From an uncultured Acidobacteriota bacterium (GTDB taxonomy: Bacteria; Acidobacteriota; Thermoanaerobaculia; Multivoradales; SZUA-115): a DNA stretch of 64,000 bases. Made by a program: the position numbers and the translations under genes. The notes under the pieces were generated by a model. The model was not told where the DNA came from. It saw nothing but the letters and a program-made list of their open reading frames with translations, and did not search any database. The stretch is taken from contig CAWDVR010000001.1 in the NCBI GenBank assembly GCA_963805975.1, positions 1,312,001-1,376,000 on the forward strand. Reading direction: 5' to 3'. Below, piece by piece: positions 41,788-51,726 of this stretch (position 1 is the first letter of the stretch; every line of letters begins with the position of its first letter).

Positions 41788-43018
41788 CCCGCCCCGGTAC
41801 GAGCTGGTCCGGGATGCCGTGCTCCGCCGCCCCGTAACGGGCCGCCCAGTCGAGAAAGGCGCGGCGATCCCTGCCCAGGGGACCGGGAAACGCCCGCTGC
41901 ACGTCCGGCCGGGCAGCGTGGACTCCTTGCCACAGGCGCGTGACCTTCCGAGACGGCTTCTCCACCCCGTCCACCGGCTGGTTCAGCCACCCGCGGAAGG
42001 TCTTCTCGCCTGCGGTGCGAAAGGGGTCGCCGAAGGCCGCCGCTTCCTCGCCCAGCGCGCCGTAGAGGCGGCGGGCGATCTCGGGGATCGGAGTGCCGTC
42101 GTCGAAGCGGCCGAAAGCGTAGGGCCAGGCCCTCGTTTCGTGCCAGCCGGCGGCGAGAATCGAGCTCGCGTAGCGCTCGAAGAGCTCGGCGGCGGCTCCG
42201 ACGTCCGCAATGTGCGGATGCGGCGAGTAGCGGGTGACTCGGGTGGGGTCGTCGGGCTCGAAGCCGCTGAAATGGAAGAAACGGCAGGGCCCCTCCTCCA
42301 CCTGCACCCGTCCGCCGTCGATCTTCAGCTCGCGCTCCGGCAGGTTCCAGTAGGCCACGTTCGCGCCCGGATCGCGGACGATCCCCACCTCGTCGAAGAG
42401 CGTGGGTACGAGGTCGAGCCAGCGCTGGTCGTAGTGCATGCCCTCGGCGACGGCGTGCCGGCAGTGAAACAACAGGCGCTCCTGCCACCAGGCGAGAAAG
42501 CGCCGCGCGGCCGGCGTGTCCGAGATCCCGACATACCCGCCGTTGTAGACCCCGGCCCGCAGGATGGTGAGCTCGCGAGAAGCGCGGTCCGGACCGGCCA
42601 GGGGCACCAGCAGATGAGGTGTCAGCAGGATGGAAGACGGCGCGACCGGAGCGAGCAGCGGGCCGAGATCACCCAGCACCAGGATGTCGGCATCGAGGAA
42701 GGCCGCGCGTTCGAACCCTCGGTCGAGCAACCAGCGCAAGAGATAGGGCTTCGCCGCCGAGATCGCCTGCTGGCGCGTGGAGCGGAAGAGGAAGCTCGAG
42801 AGATCGGGGATTCCGACCTCTGCGAGGCCGACGAGGTCGAAGGGCTCGGCCCGGGGGTCGAAGGCGCCCTCGACCTCGTCGGCCAGCAGCGCGAAGAGCG
42901 GCACCTGCGGGTGGTGCTCGGCCAGCGAGCGCGCCAGGACCCGCGCGAAGGGCAGGTAGTTCTTCGCGACCACGGTACCCACGGCGACCTTGGCTTGCGA
43001 GGCTCCGCCGTGGGTCAC
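41762..43018 (-). CDS. GT-A fold (GT8-like) glycosyltransferase, paralog 1
   Basis: KPY, FLDADI, LTPH, GVYNGG, DQRWLDL, FFHFSG. Confidence 0.78.
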   Translation of the reverse strand: MTHGGASQAKVAVGTVVAKNYLPFARVLARSLAEHHPQVPLFALLADEVEGAFDPRAEPFDLVGLAEVGIPDLSSFLFRSTRQQAISAAKPYLLRWLLDRGFERAAFLDADILVLGDLGPLLAPVAPSSILLTPHLLVPLAGPDRASRELTILRAGVYNGGYVGISDTPAARRFLAWWQERLLFHCRHAVAEGMHYDQRWLDLVPTLFDEVGIVRDPGANVAYWNLPERELKIDGGRVQVEEGPCRFFHFSGFEPDDPTRVTRYSPHPHIADVGAAAELFERYASSILAAGWHETRAWPYAFGRFDDGTPIPEIARRLYGALGEEAAAFGDPFRTAGEKTFRGWLNQPVDGVEKPSRKVTRLWQGVHAARPDVQRAFPGPLGRDRRAFLDWAARYGAAEHGIPDQLVPGRVSPRTPAP

Positions 43019-44235
43019 CGCGCCGGCCCCATCGAGAATGCCTCCGGGATGGAATGCTCCCGGGCGCCGTGCTCCGTCGTCCACCTGCGAAAGGCGAGGC
43101 GGTTGCGGCCCAGAGGGTCGGGAAACGCGGCTTGCACGTCCGGTCGCAGACCGTGAATGCCATACCAGAGCCGGGTGATCGCCGGCCCGTGGCGTGGCGT
43201 GCCGTCGACCGGCTGGTTGAGCCAACGGAAGTAGCTCCGCTCCCCTTCCGAGTGGAACGGGTCGCCGAACGCCTCCACGGCCTCCCCCAGGCCGTCATAG
43301 ATCCGCCGCGAAATCTCGGGGATCTCGACACCGTTGTCGAAGCGGCCATAGGAGTAGGGCCAGGCCCTGGTCTCGCCATGGCCCACTGCCGCGAGCAGGC
43401 CCAAGAAGCGCGTGAAGACCTGGGCCGCCGGGCCCAGGTCCGCCCTGCGCAGGCGATTCGAGTAGCGGGTGACGGCCTCCGGGGTCTCCGGGTCGAAGCC
43501 GCTGAAGCGGAAAACGGAGCAGCGCTCGCCGCCCGCCCACACGGCGCCGTCCCGCACCTCGACCTCACGCTCGGGCAGGCACCAGTGGCCGACGTTCGCG
43601 CCGGGGTCACGGACGATCGAGGCGCCCGCGAAGAGGGCGGGCACGAGGTCGATCCAGCGCTGCTCGTAGTGCAGGCCCTCGCCCACCGCATGCCGGCAGT
43701 GGTGCAGCACGCGGTCCTCCCACCAGGCCAGGAAGCGCCGCCCTTCCGGCGCCGCGGAGACGCCCAGAACGCCCAGGTTGAAGCTGCCGGAGAGCAGGAC
43801 GTTGAGCTCGCGCACGGCGGCGCCCGCGCCGGAGAGCGGCTCCACGAGGTGCGGCGTGAGCACGATCGGCGAGCCCTCCAGGCGGTCGAAGAGCGGCGCG
43901 AGATCCCCCACCACCAGGCTCTCCTGCTTGAGGAACAGCACGCGCTCGTAGCCACGGTCGAACAGGTGCTCCACGAGGAACGGCGCCGCGGCGTACGAGA
44001 GCGGCTGCTGCAGGTGCCGGAAGCGGAAGCGCTCGAGGTGCGGAATGGCCAGCTCCCCGAGCTGCAGCAGCTCGAAAGCCTCCGCCGCCGGGTCGAAACA
44101 GCGCTCGACCTCGTCGGCCAGCAGCACGAAGAACGGGATGTCGGGATGATGCTCGGCGAACGAAGCCGCCAGCACACGCGCAAAAGAGAGGCAGCTCTTC
44201 GCAACCACCGTGCCGGCGGCGAGGTGCGGGCTCAC
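43015..44235 (-). CDS. GT-A fold glycosyltransferase paralog 2, DxD motif absent
   Basis: Colinear with paralog 1 but FLKQES, EQRWIDL, VFRFSG. Confidence 0.75.
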   Translation of the reverse strand: MSPHLAAGTVVAKSCLSFARVLAASFAEHHPDIPFFVLLADEVERCFDPAAEAFELLQLGELAIPHLERFRFRHLQQPLSYAAAPFLVEHLFDRGYERVLFLKQESLVVGDLAPLFDRLEGSPIVLTPHLVEPLSGAGAAVRELNVLLSGSFNLGVLGVSAAPEGRRFLAWWEDRVLHHCRHAVGEGLHYEQRWIDLVPALFAGASIVRDPGANVGHWCLPEREVEVRDGAVWAGGERCSVFRFSGFDPETPEAVTRYSNRLRRADLGPAAQVFTRFLGLLAAVGHGETRAWPYSYGRFDNGVEIPEISRRIYDGLGEAVEAFGDPFHSEGERSYFRWLNQPVDGTPRHGPAITRLWYGIHGLRPDVQAAFPDPLGRNRLAFRRWTTEHGAREHSIPEAFSMGPAR

Positions 44236-44280
44236 GACGCTGGGGCGGATTGGTTCGGCGGCTCGCCGGCCGCGTCAGCG

Positions 44281-44547
44281 CTAGGAATAGGAGCCCCGCG
44301 CGGCCGGCGCACCCCGAAGCAGTCCGCTCGTTGAGAGGTCTTCGTCGATCTCCGGCCAGTGGATTCCGTAGCCGGCTCCACTGAGCTGCCAGTTCTCCCG
44401 CTGCGCAGGAGTTGCCTGCAGCAAGCGGGGAAACCACACGAGGGGTGTTGTGATCGACCGGCCGTCCATCAGCTCCACCGTGAACGAGTCCTCGGTGAAG
44501 CTCAGCCCTTGCACGCGCTCGTCAGCGGCGATCGCCAAGATGCCCAT
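44281..44547 (-). CDS. DUF2442 protein (putative antitoxin)
   Basis: DGR.I..PL.WFPRL..AT..QR, GIHWPEIDEDLS. Confidence 0.9.
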   Translation of the reverse strand: MGILAIAADERVQGLSFTEDSFTVELMDGRSITTPLVWFPRLLQATPAQRENWQLSGAGYGIHWPEIDEDLSTSGLLRGAPAARGSYS

Positions 44548-44763
44548 GCCATGCCTCCAAGAGTTCTTCTCGATGGTCCGTCACCAGCCGCTGAATCTGC
44601 CATAGCTCATGAGCCCTGAACCCGTGATTCACGGCCAGGCTCACCGGCCCCAGCCAGAATTTCGCCGAGAACGACTCGCGGTCCACGTGCATGTGGGGCG
44701 GCTCGTTGGGCTCATGACTGTAGAAGTACACGCGGTAGGTCCCGACCGCAATGCAGTTGGCAC
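44522..44763 (-). CDS. DUF4160 protein (putative toxin); frameshift near 44740
   Basis: GTG start MPTALR.. then YRVYFYSHEPNEPPHMHV, AKFWL, EAWHGH in the shifted frame. Confidence 0.85.
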
Positions 44764-44861
44764 GAGGCAATTATAGGGCAGGGCACGAAGTGCCTTGGCG
44801 CGACGAGCCCGCCCACAGCACCGCGAGAGGCTGCTACGGACGCCGCAAGATCCCGATCGCC

Positions 44862-46256
44862 TCAGTGGTCCTCCAGCCACTCCAGGATCGGCTCCCACAC
44901 CAGCGTCTCGGCGTCGTTCCCCTGGAAGAGGTCGGCGTGGCCGAAGTCGGCGGGGCGCTCGCCCGGCGGCAGCAGGCTCGCCACCAGGGTCTCGACGTCG
45001 GTGCTGCCGAGGAGCGTCGTGGTGTAGGTCCCATAGTCCCCGAACCCGCCGCCGGCGCCCACGTAGAGCACCGGCACGGTGATGTCGTCCAGGTGGTCGT
45101 CGAACGCCACGTCCGGAGCGCCGGGGCCGTCGCAGATCGCCGCGTCGCCGTCGGCCACTTCCCGCAGCGGCTGCCAGGGAGAGCCCGCGGTCAGGAAGCC
45201 GAAGAAGAGCGGCTCCGAGGTGTAGAGCAGGCCCGAGGGCAGGCCGCTGCCGTCGAACGTACCGCCGTTGAAGTGGTAGAAGGGCACCGGCTCGAGGCCC
45301 GGCGGGAAGAAGGTGAAGGTCGCCTCGCCCACCAGCAACGCGGCCTGCTCGTTGGTGAAGCCCGGCAGCACCGGCGACGGGTCGCCCGGGGCGGCGAGGG
45401 CGAGCCCGCCCAGCGTGGCGACGAGCTGCCCCAGGCTCTCGGCGTCCTCGCCGCCGTCGATCCGGGCCTGCGTGCCGGCGAAGCGCGTGCAGGCCGCCGC
45501 TTGCAGGGCCGGCACGTCGGTCTTCAAGTAGATGTCCACCGGGATGAAGCCCTTCACCTGGCGCAGCACCGCAGGCACCTGGCTCTCGCCGTTCAGGTAC
45601 GCGTAGCCGATCTGGCCGCCGCGGCTCCAGCCGAGCAGGTGGAACCGACCGAAGCCGTGGCCGGTGAGGAGGCGCGTGATCCTCGCCGCGGCCAGGGCTA
45701 CCCCTACGTCGCGGGCGTCGGTCTCGATGCCCCACTCCGCCATGAACGAGAGGTCCGCGGTGGCCAGCGGCACGCGGGTCCAGCGGAAGTCGATCCCCCA
45801 CACGTCGAAGCCGTTCTCGGCCAGGAACACGGGCAGGGCCTGGTCGTCGGGCACCGAGGCGGACGCGGCGCTGGCGAGGAAGGCGGCATCGAAGTTCCAC
45901 ACGTCGCCGTGGGCGAGGAACACGGCGCCCCGGGTGTGCGCCGGCACGAAGGGCGCCCGCTCGCGCACCACCCGGTGCAGGCCGATCGAGTCGTGCTCGC
46001 CGGGCCCCACCCGCAGGTCGAAGCTGTACTCGGCGATCGCCCCGGCGAGGACGCGGCGCTCGAGGCCCGACAGCTTGCAGGACGTACAGGCCCACTGCGC
46101 AGCGGCCCGGTGCACCTCGCTCAAGAGGTGCACCTCGCTCGACAGGTGCGCCTCGCTCAAGAGGAGTGCGTTCCGCGAGCCGGCCGGCGCGGCGTAAGCG
46201 ACAGCGGGAACAGAGATCAGAAACGCGAGCAGAACCACGGTTCGAGCACGAGTCAT
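44862..46256 (-). CDS. Secreted alpha/beta hydrolase
   Basis: Signal peptide, LAHG, GWSRG nucleophile elbow, GHADL. Confidence 0.8.
   Translation of the reverse strand: MTRARTVVLLAFLISVPAVAYAAPAGSRNALLLSEAHLSSEVHLLSEVHRAAAQWACTSCKLSGLERRVLAGAIAEYSFDLRVGPGEHDSIGLHRVVRERAPFVPAHTRGAVFLAHGDVWNFDAAFLASAASASVPDDQALPVFLAENGFDVWGIDFRWTRVPLATADLSFMAEWGIETDARDVGVALAAARITRLLTGHGFGRFHLLGWSRGGQIGYAYLNGESQVPAVLRQVKGFIPVDIYLKTDVPALQAAACTRFAGTQARIDGGEDAESLGQLVATLGGLALAAPGDPSPVLPGFTNEQAALLVGEATFTFFPPGLEPVPFYHFNGGTFDGSGLPSGLLYTSEPLFFGFLTAGSPWQPLREVADGDAAICDGPGAPDVAFDDHLDDITVPVLYVGAGGGFGDYGTYTTTLLGSTDVETLVASLLPPGERPADFGHADLFQGNDAETLVWEPILEWLEDH
46109..46162. repeat. 18-bp tandem repeat x3, in frame
   Basis: GGTGCACCTCGCTCAAGA-like units encoding LLSEAH/LSSEVH/LLSEVH. 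Confidence 0.85.
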
Positions 46257-46354
46257 CAGGGCCTCCCTCTGGAATTGCGGCCCGTCTGGGGCCACATTCT
46301 TCAAGGTGCGCACCGCGGCGCGTTGGGGGGCGGGCCGGGCTCCGTCGTCGTGGC

Positions 46355-48221
46355 TCACGGGCGGGCGGCGCGCCGCTGCCAGCGGTGGAGCGTCGCGGGC
46401 CGAGGGGCGTTCGGGTCGGGCCCAAGGGGCAAGCCGAGGGAGACCTCGGCCCTACCCTCGGGCAAACGGAACCTCGCGCTCACGTAGGAACCCTTCCGGC
46501 CGCGGTCCTGCGTGAGATAGAGCGGCACGAGCCTGCCCCCGACCTCGATCGTCGGCGCCTCGGCGACCGCCAGCTCGATCGCCAGCGAGAAGGCCTCGCC
46601 GGCGCCTGCGGGCGGATCGAGCCGGGCCGTGAGGCGCGTCCCGTCGGCCGGGAGGGGCACGGGTTCGCCCACCGCAGCCCACGAGTGCAGCAGCACCACC
46701 AGAGCCGGGCCGTGGGCGGAGAAGAACCGCGGCTCGAAGCGCACTGCGCCGGGGCCCGCCGCGGCGAGGCGCTGCCGGTAGAAGCCGGCTTGCGGCGACG
46801 CGAGGCGGTCGGCGAGGAAGATCTCGGCGTCCGCGAGGTCGAGCGCTTCGGGCGGCTCCGCGGCGAGATCGGCCACCACCTGGAGCGCGGCCCGCGTGCC
46901 GCCGGCCGTCACCCGCAGCGGTTCGTCCCGGCGCTCGAAGACCACGTGCGAGAGCCCCAGCGGCTGCAGGCGATCGAGGAGCAGGGCCGTGGCGCGGTCG
47001 TAGGTGGAGGGCACGACCTCGCGGTAGACCTCGGCCGTGGGCGCGCGAAACAGACAGCAGCGCGCCGAGAGCGGCCAGGGCGGCGGCCAGCCGACGCGGC
47101 CACGCGCTCGGCCACCGCGCGAGCACCCGCTCCCCCGCCGCCGCCAGGCCGAGCCCGGCGCCCATGGCCGTGAAGGCCGCCACCGGAAGATAGTTCTGGC
47201 CCTTGAAGAGCGTGGCGGCCAGGGCATAGAGCAGCGAGTAGCCGACCGGCCAGGCGAGGAGCATCACGGCGCCCAGGCGCTCCTCGCGCCGCTCGCTCTT
47301 CACGGCCCGAGCTCCCAGCCAGGCGAACGAGGCGAGCGCCACGAGGGTGAGCCCCAGGCCGTGATGCCGGACGAGAAAGCGCAGCTCGGCCGCCAGCACT
47401 CCGAGGTGGCTACCGCCGGCCTCGGCGCCCTTTCGTTGGTAGATCTCCGCCAGCTCCGGCAGGTAGCGGAAGACGACCGGCAGGAACGGGTTGAGCAACG
47501 CGAAGGTGGCGAGCGAGGCGAGCGCCGCGAGCCCCAGCCAGCCCCAGCGGCGGCCCTCACGCCAGCTCTGCCAGAGCGCGCCGGCCGCGAGCGGCAGGGC
47601 CGCGCCCACGCCCGTGTACTTGGCCGCCACCGCGAGACCCACCCCGGCACCGGCCCAAAGAAAACGCCGGAGAGACGGCTCGAGCGCCGCGCTCAGGCCC
47701 CAGTCGAAGGCGAGGAGGGCGAGGAGCACCACCAGCACGTCCGGCTTGATCTGCGCCGAGGCCGAGACGTGGGCCGGGAACGCCGCCAGGAGCACCGCTC
47801 CCACGAGCCCCGCGGTGGCGGACCAGCCGGCGGAAGCGCCACGCAGGAGCGCCAGCCTCTTCCCGATCCGGTACGCGAGGGCCACGGCAAGCGTGCCGTA
47901 GAGCGCGGCGAGCCAGCGGCAGAGCAGGTAGGCGGTCGGCGAGAACACCTCGCCGCGAAAGACGTTCGCTCTCTCCCAGCCGGTCAGCCCGTAGAGGGCC
48001 TGGCTCGCGCCCAGCAGCGCGGTCTGCGGCAGATAGGAGAGGCCGGGATAGTAGGCGTTGGCGGGCGGCCGGCCTTCGAGCAGGGCGCGCACGTTGTGCA
48101 GGGTGAAGCGCTCGTCGAAGTTGCGGGACGAGTCGAGACCGACGCTGCCCTGGGTGGCGCGCAGCGCGAAGGCGAGGGCGAGGAGGACGGCGAGGAGGGT
48201 GCGGAGAACGGAGCCCCTCAT
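46355..48221 (-). CDS. GT-C (PMT-2/ArnT-like) glycosyltransferase B; frameshift near 47050
   Basis: NFDE, YYPGLSY, KPD, KYTG, GQNY; C-terminal domain in ORF 46355..47227. Confidence 0.8.
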
Positions 48222-50221
48222 GGCCGGCGCCAGCGGTTGAGCTCGGCGCGCGGCGGGGCCTCGAGGGCCAGCGTGGGGTCGAGCTCGAAGTCCAGCTCGG
48301 CGGTGCCCGGCGGCAGCTCGACCCGGGTGGTCAGGTAGCGCACCCGCCGGCCGGCGACCCGCTGGTCGTAGAGCGGCACCCGCGTCTCGCCGAGCAGGAA
48401 GCTGTCCTGCCGGGGCTGGCCGCGTTCGAGCGGCAGCCAGATCGAGAGCGACACCAGCTCGCCGGGCTCGATCGGCGCCGCGAGCTCGGCCCGGTAGCGA
48501 GGGCCTGCACCGGCGGCAGGCAGACCGTTCGCCACCAGGGTCAGCGGCTGCGGCTCACCGGCGAGCTCCCAGCCATGGAGCACCGCCACCAGCTCCGGCC
48601 CGCGTACCGCGAAGGCCCGGGGCGCGAAGCGCACGGCCTCGGTGCCGGCGGCGACTCGGCCGGCGTAGAACCCGGCGTCGGCGCCGAGGAGGTGGCTGGC
48701 CGGAAACAGCTCGGCGTCCGAGCGCTCGAGATCGGCCGGCTCCGCCTCGGCGAGACGGGGAGCGAAGAGCGCCAGCATGCGCCGCTCGCCGATCTCGGCG
48801 CGCAAGGGCTCGCCGGCCGGCCGCGGGCGCCGGGGGCCGGGCGGTACCTCGTCCTCGCCGGCGGGTTGGGTCGCGGGCCCGGTGTCGCGCTCGTAGAAGA
48901 CCTGCCGCAGCTCCGCGGGCTCGAAGCGGGAGACCAGCAGGCGCGCGGCCATCTGCGTGGTGGTGGGGACCACCTCGCCGTAGGTCGAGGCCGCCGTCGG
49001 CCAGAGCACGAAGCCGAGCGCCGCCGCCCACGCGAGGGCCGCGGCCCAGGGCCTGCCGAGGACGGGCACGCGGGCCGCGAGGCGGTCCCAGAGGAGGATC
49101 GCCGCCCAGGCCGCGGCGATCGAGGTGAAAGCCGCCACCGGGATGTAGTTCTGGCCGCGGAACACCTTGCCCGCCAGCGCATAGAGCAGCGAGTAGCCGA
49201 CGACGTAGGAGAGCACCATCACCGCCGCCACGCGGCGCCGCGTCTCCCCCTCGCCGCGGAGCGCCCGCCAGGCGAAGAGTGTCAGCCCGGCCACGGCGAG
49301 GGTGAGCACCACCGGGCCGTGGTGCGCCGAGAGGAACCGCAGCTCGCGGAGGAACACCGTCCACGGCGTCGAGTCGTAGTACTCGGCCTTGCCCTCGGCG
49401 ATCGACCACAGGCGCGGGATGTAGCGCACGATGACGAAGAGAAACGGGTTGAGCAGCGCGAAGGTGGCGACCGAGGCCGCCGCCGCGAGCCCCAGCCGCG
49501 CCCAGCGCTCCCGCTTCCTCCAGCCCAGCATCAGCGTGCCGGCGGCGAGCGGGATCGCCACGCCAACGCCGGTGTACTTGGCGCAGACGGCGAGGCCGAT
49601 GCCGGCACCGGCCACCAGGTAGCGCCGCCGCGTGGGGTCGAGCACCGCCTCCAGGCACTGGTCGAACACCAGCACGGTGAGGAGCGCCACCAGGATGTCC
49701 GGCTTGAAGATCGCCGAGGCGAAGACGTGCGGCGGCAGCCCGGCGAAGAACACGGCGGCAAGGAGGCCGGCGCGCGGCGAGACCAGGCGCTTGCCCAGCC
49801 GGTAGACGGCCCACAGGCTCAGGGCGCCGAAGAGGGCCGAGACCAGCCGGCAGAGGAAGTAGGCGGTGCGGGTGTAGCCATCGGCGCCCGCCGGCTGCGA
49901 CGGAGTGCCGAAGATGGCGAGCGCCTCGATTCCCGTCAGCTTGTGGAGGCCGTGCGAGACGACGAGCACCGCGGTCTGCGGCAGGTACGAGAGGCTGGGA
50001 TAGAAGGCGTTGGCCGGCTTGACGGCACGGTCGACCAGCAGCGCCGTGACGTTGCGCAGGCTGAACTGCTCGTCGAAGAAGCGCGCCGAATCGAGGCCCG
50101 CGCTGCCGTACCAGGCGCGCAGCGCGAAGGCGTAGACCAGGAGCGCCGCGAGCAGCGCGCGCACCCATCGCGGCGAGGAGGCCTTCGCATCCGGCGCAGC
50201 GGCGGGCTCGCTACCCGTCAA
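48218..50221 (-). CDS. GT-C (PMT-2/ArnT-like) glycosyltransferase A
   Basis: FFDE, FYPSLSY, KPD, KYTG, GQNY; TTG start overlaps upstream stop. Confidence 0.82.
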   Translation of the reverse strand: MTGSEPAAAPDAKASSPRWVRALLAALLVYAFALRAWYGSAGLDSARFFDEQFSLRNVTALLVDRAVKPANAFYPSLSYLPQTAVLVVSHGLHKLTGIEALAIFGTPSQPAGADGYTRTAYFLCRLVSALFGALSLWAVYRLGKRLVSPRAGLLAAVFFAGLPPHVFASAIFKPDILVALLTVLVFDQCLEAVLDPTRRRYLVAGAGIGLAVCAKYTGVGVAIPLAAGTLMLGWRKRERWARLGLAAAASVATFALLNPFLFVIVRYIPRLWSIAEGKAEYYDSTPWTVFLRELRFLSAHHGPVVLTLAVAGLTLFAWRALRGEGETRRRVAAVMVLSYVVGYSLLYALAGKVFRGQNYIPVAAFTSIAAAWAAILLWDRLAARVPVLGRPWAAALAWAAALGFVLWPTAASTYGEVVPTTTQMAARLLVSRFEPAELRQVFYERDTGPATQPAGEDEVPPGPRRPRPAGEPLRAEIGERRMLALFAPRLAEAEPADLERSDAELFPASHLLGADAGFYAGRVAAGTEAVRFAPRAFAVRGPELVAVLHGWELAGEPQPLTLVANGLPAAGAGPRYRAELAAPIEPGELVSLSIWLPLERGQPRQDSFLLGETRVPLYDQRVAGRRVRYLTTRVELPPGTAELDFELDPTLALEAPPRAELNRWRRP

Positions 50222-50871
50222 GCGCGCTTCCTCGCGGCCACCAGGATGGCCGGGGTGTGACGGCGCCCGAGGCGCGTGGGCCAGTGCAGGTAGAGGCCGC
50301 CCGGCAGGAGGTAGCGCAGCATCCCCCACCAGCCGAGCACCTCGAAGCGCTCCGCGGCCCAGCCGAGCCAGAAGGCGCGCTCGCGCTTGTGGACGTGAGT
50401 GGGGTCGCGGTCCAGGCGGCGGATCAGGGGGCCGGAGAGCCCGTCGTAGACCGGCACCACGAAGACGTAGAGGCCGCCCGGCTTGAGCATCGAACGGACC
50501 GCCTCGCCCACCGCCGCCAGGTCCGGCACGTGCTCGATCACGTCGAGCGTGGTGATGACGTCGAACGAGGCGTCAGGGTAGGGCCGTTCGGTGGCCGAGG
50601 CCTCGCGGAACTCGATGCCCTGCCAGGCCTTGCGGTTCTCGACGACGGCGTAGTGGGAGAGGTCCGTGCCGCAGAGGCGGTAGCCGCCCCGCGCCGCGAG
50701 GAAGCCCAGGAAGCGGCCCAGGCCGCAGCCCACGTCGAGCAGCGCGAGAGGCCGCGCCGCGGGTGCGAAACGCTCGATCGAGCGCGCGTAGAAGCGGAGC
50801 TTCCAGGGCGGGTTCTGGGCCGCGTAGTCGCGGTAGTTGGCGTCGAAGTAGGGCTGCTCGAAGGTGGGCAT
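50218..50871 (-). CDS. Class I SAM-dependent methyltransferase
   Basis: LDVGCGLG, FDVIT..DVIEH, LKPGG, DPTH. Confidence 0.9.
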   Translation of the reverse strand: MPTFEQPYFDANYRDYAAQNPPWKLRFYARSIERFAPAARPLALLDVGCGLGRFLGFLAARGGYRLCGTDLSHYAVVENRKAWQGIEFREASATERPYPDASFDVITTLDVIEHVPDLAAVGEAVRSMLKPGGLYVFVVPVYDGLSGPLIRRLDRDPTHVHKRERAFWLGWAAERFEVLGWWGMLRYLLPGGLYLHWPTRLGRRHTPAILVAARKRA

Positions 50872-50919
50872 GGGACTAGGGTCAGAGCTCGTGGGGGAAT
50901 CGTCGCGCAGCAGATTCCC

Positions 50920-51726
50920 TCACGAGCGAAAACGGCGCTTCAGCATCAGGAGCAGAGTGTTCCTGATGGTGCGCGCCACCTTCATCTTGGAGGCGCCCTC
51001 CTTCAGGTCGTAGCGCAGCACCAGCGGCACCTCGCCGAAGATCAGTTCGCGCCGCCGCCTGAGCTTGAGCAGGATGTCCACCATCGCCTGGAAGCCCTCC
51101 TGATCGAAGAACTCCGCGCCGTGGCGCTCCACCACCGACTGCAGCACGTGCGCTTTGTAGGCGCGGTAGCCGCAGGTGTAGTCGCGCACGCCGGGGATCG
51201 GGAAGGCGAGGCGGAAGAGCCAGCCGCCCCAGTAGGAGAGCACGCGGCGCAGGAAAGGCACGCCGTAGACTCGGCTCCCCGGCCGGTAGCGCGAGGCGAT
51301 CACCACGTCGTGGCCCTCGCGGGCCAGCCGCACCATGCGCAGGATGAGCTCCGGCGAGTGCGAGTTGTCCGCGTCCATGGTGATCAGCAGGTCGTTGGGC
51401 TCGGCGAGCCTGGAGGCGTGGATCAGGCCGTCGCGGATCGTCATCCCCAGCCCCATGTTGACGGGGTGGCGCTCGACGGTGAGCGGCAGGTCGAGGTCGC
51501 GGGCCAGGCGCTCCGCCACCTCGGCGGTGCCGTCCGTCGAGCCGTCGTCGAGCACCAGGATGCGGTAGGCGAGGCTCGCCTCGAACATCGACTCGTCGAT
51601 CGCCGCCAGGAGCGCCGGCAGGCTCTGCGCCTCGTTGTAGGCCGGCAGCACCACCCAGACGTGCTGGCGGCGGCGCTGCCGCCTCGCCTCGCCCATGGAG
51701 CCCTCGCCCGTGGAGATCTCGCTCAT
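50920..51726 (-). CDS. GT2 DPM1-like polyprenyl-phosphate glycosyltransferase
   Basis: VVLPAYNE, DDGSTD, MDADNSH, ASRY, DYTCGYRAY. Confidence 0.9.
   Translation of the reverse strand: MSEISTGEGSMGEARRQRRRQHVWVVLPAYNEAQSLPALLAAIDESMFEASLAYRILVLDDGSTDGTAEVAERLARDLDLPLTVERHPVNMGLGMTIRDGLIHASRLAEPNDLLITMDADNSHSPELILRMVRLAREGHDVVIASRYRPGSRVYGVPFLRRVLSYWGGWLFRLAFPIPGVRDYTCGYRAYKAHVLQSVVERHGAEFFDQEGFQAMVDILLKLRRRRELIFGEVPLVLRYDLKEGASKMKVARTIRNTLLLMLKRRFRS

Noticed and set aside
46109-46162. CRISPR array
   Set aside because: Contiguous repeats without spacers, in frame within a gene, and no cas genes.
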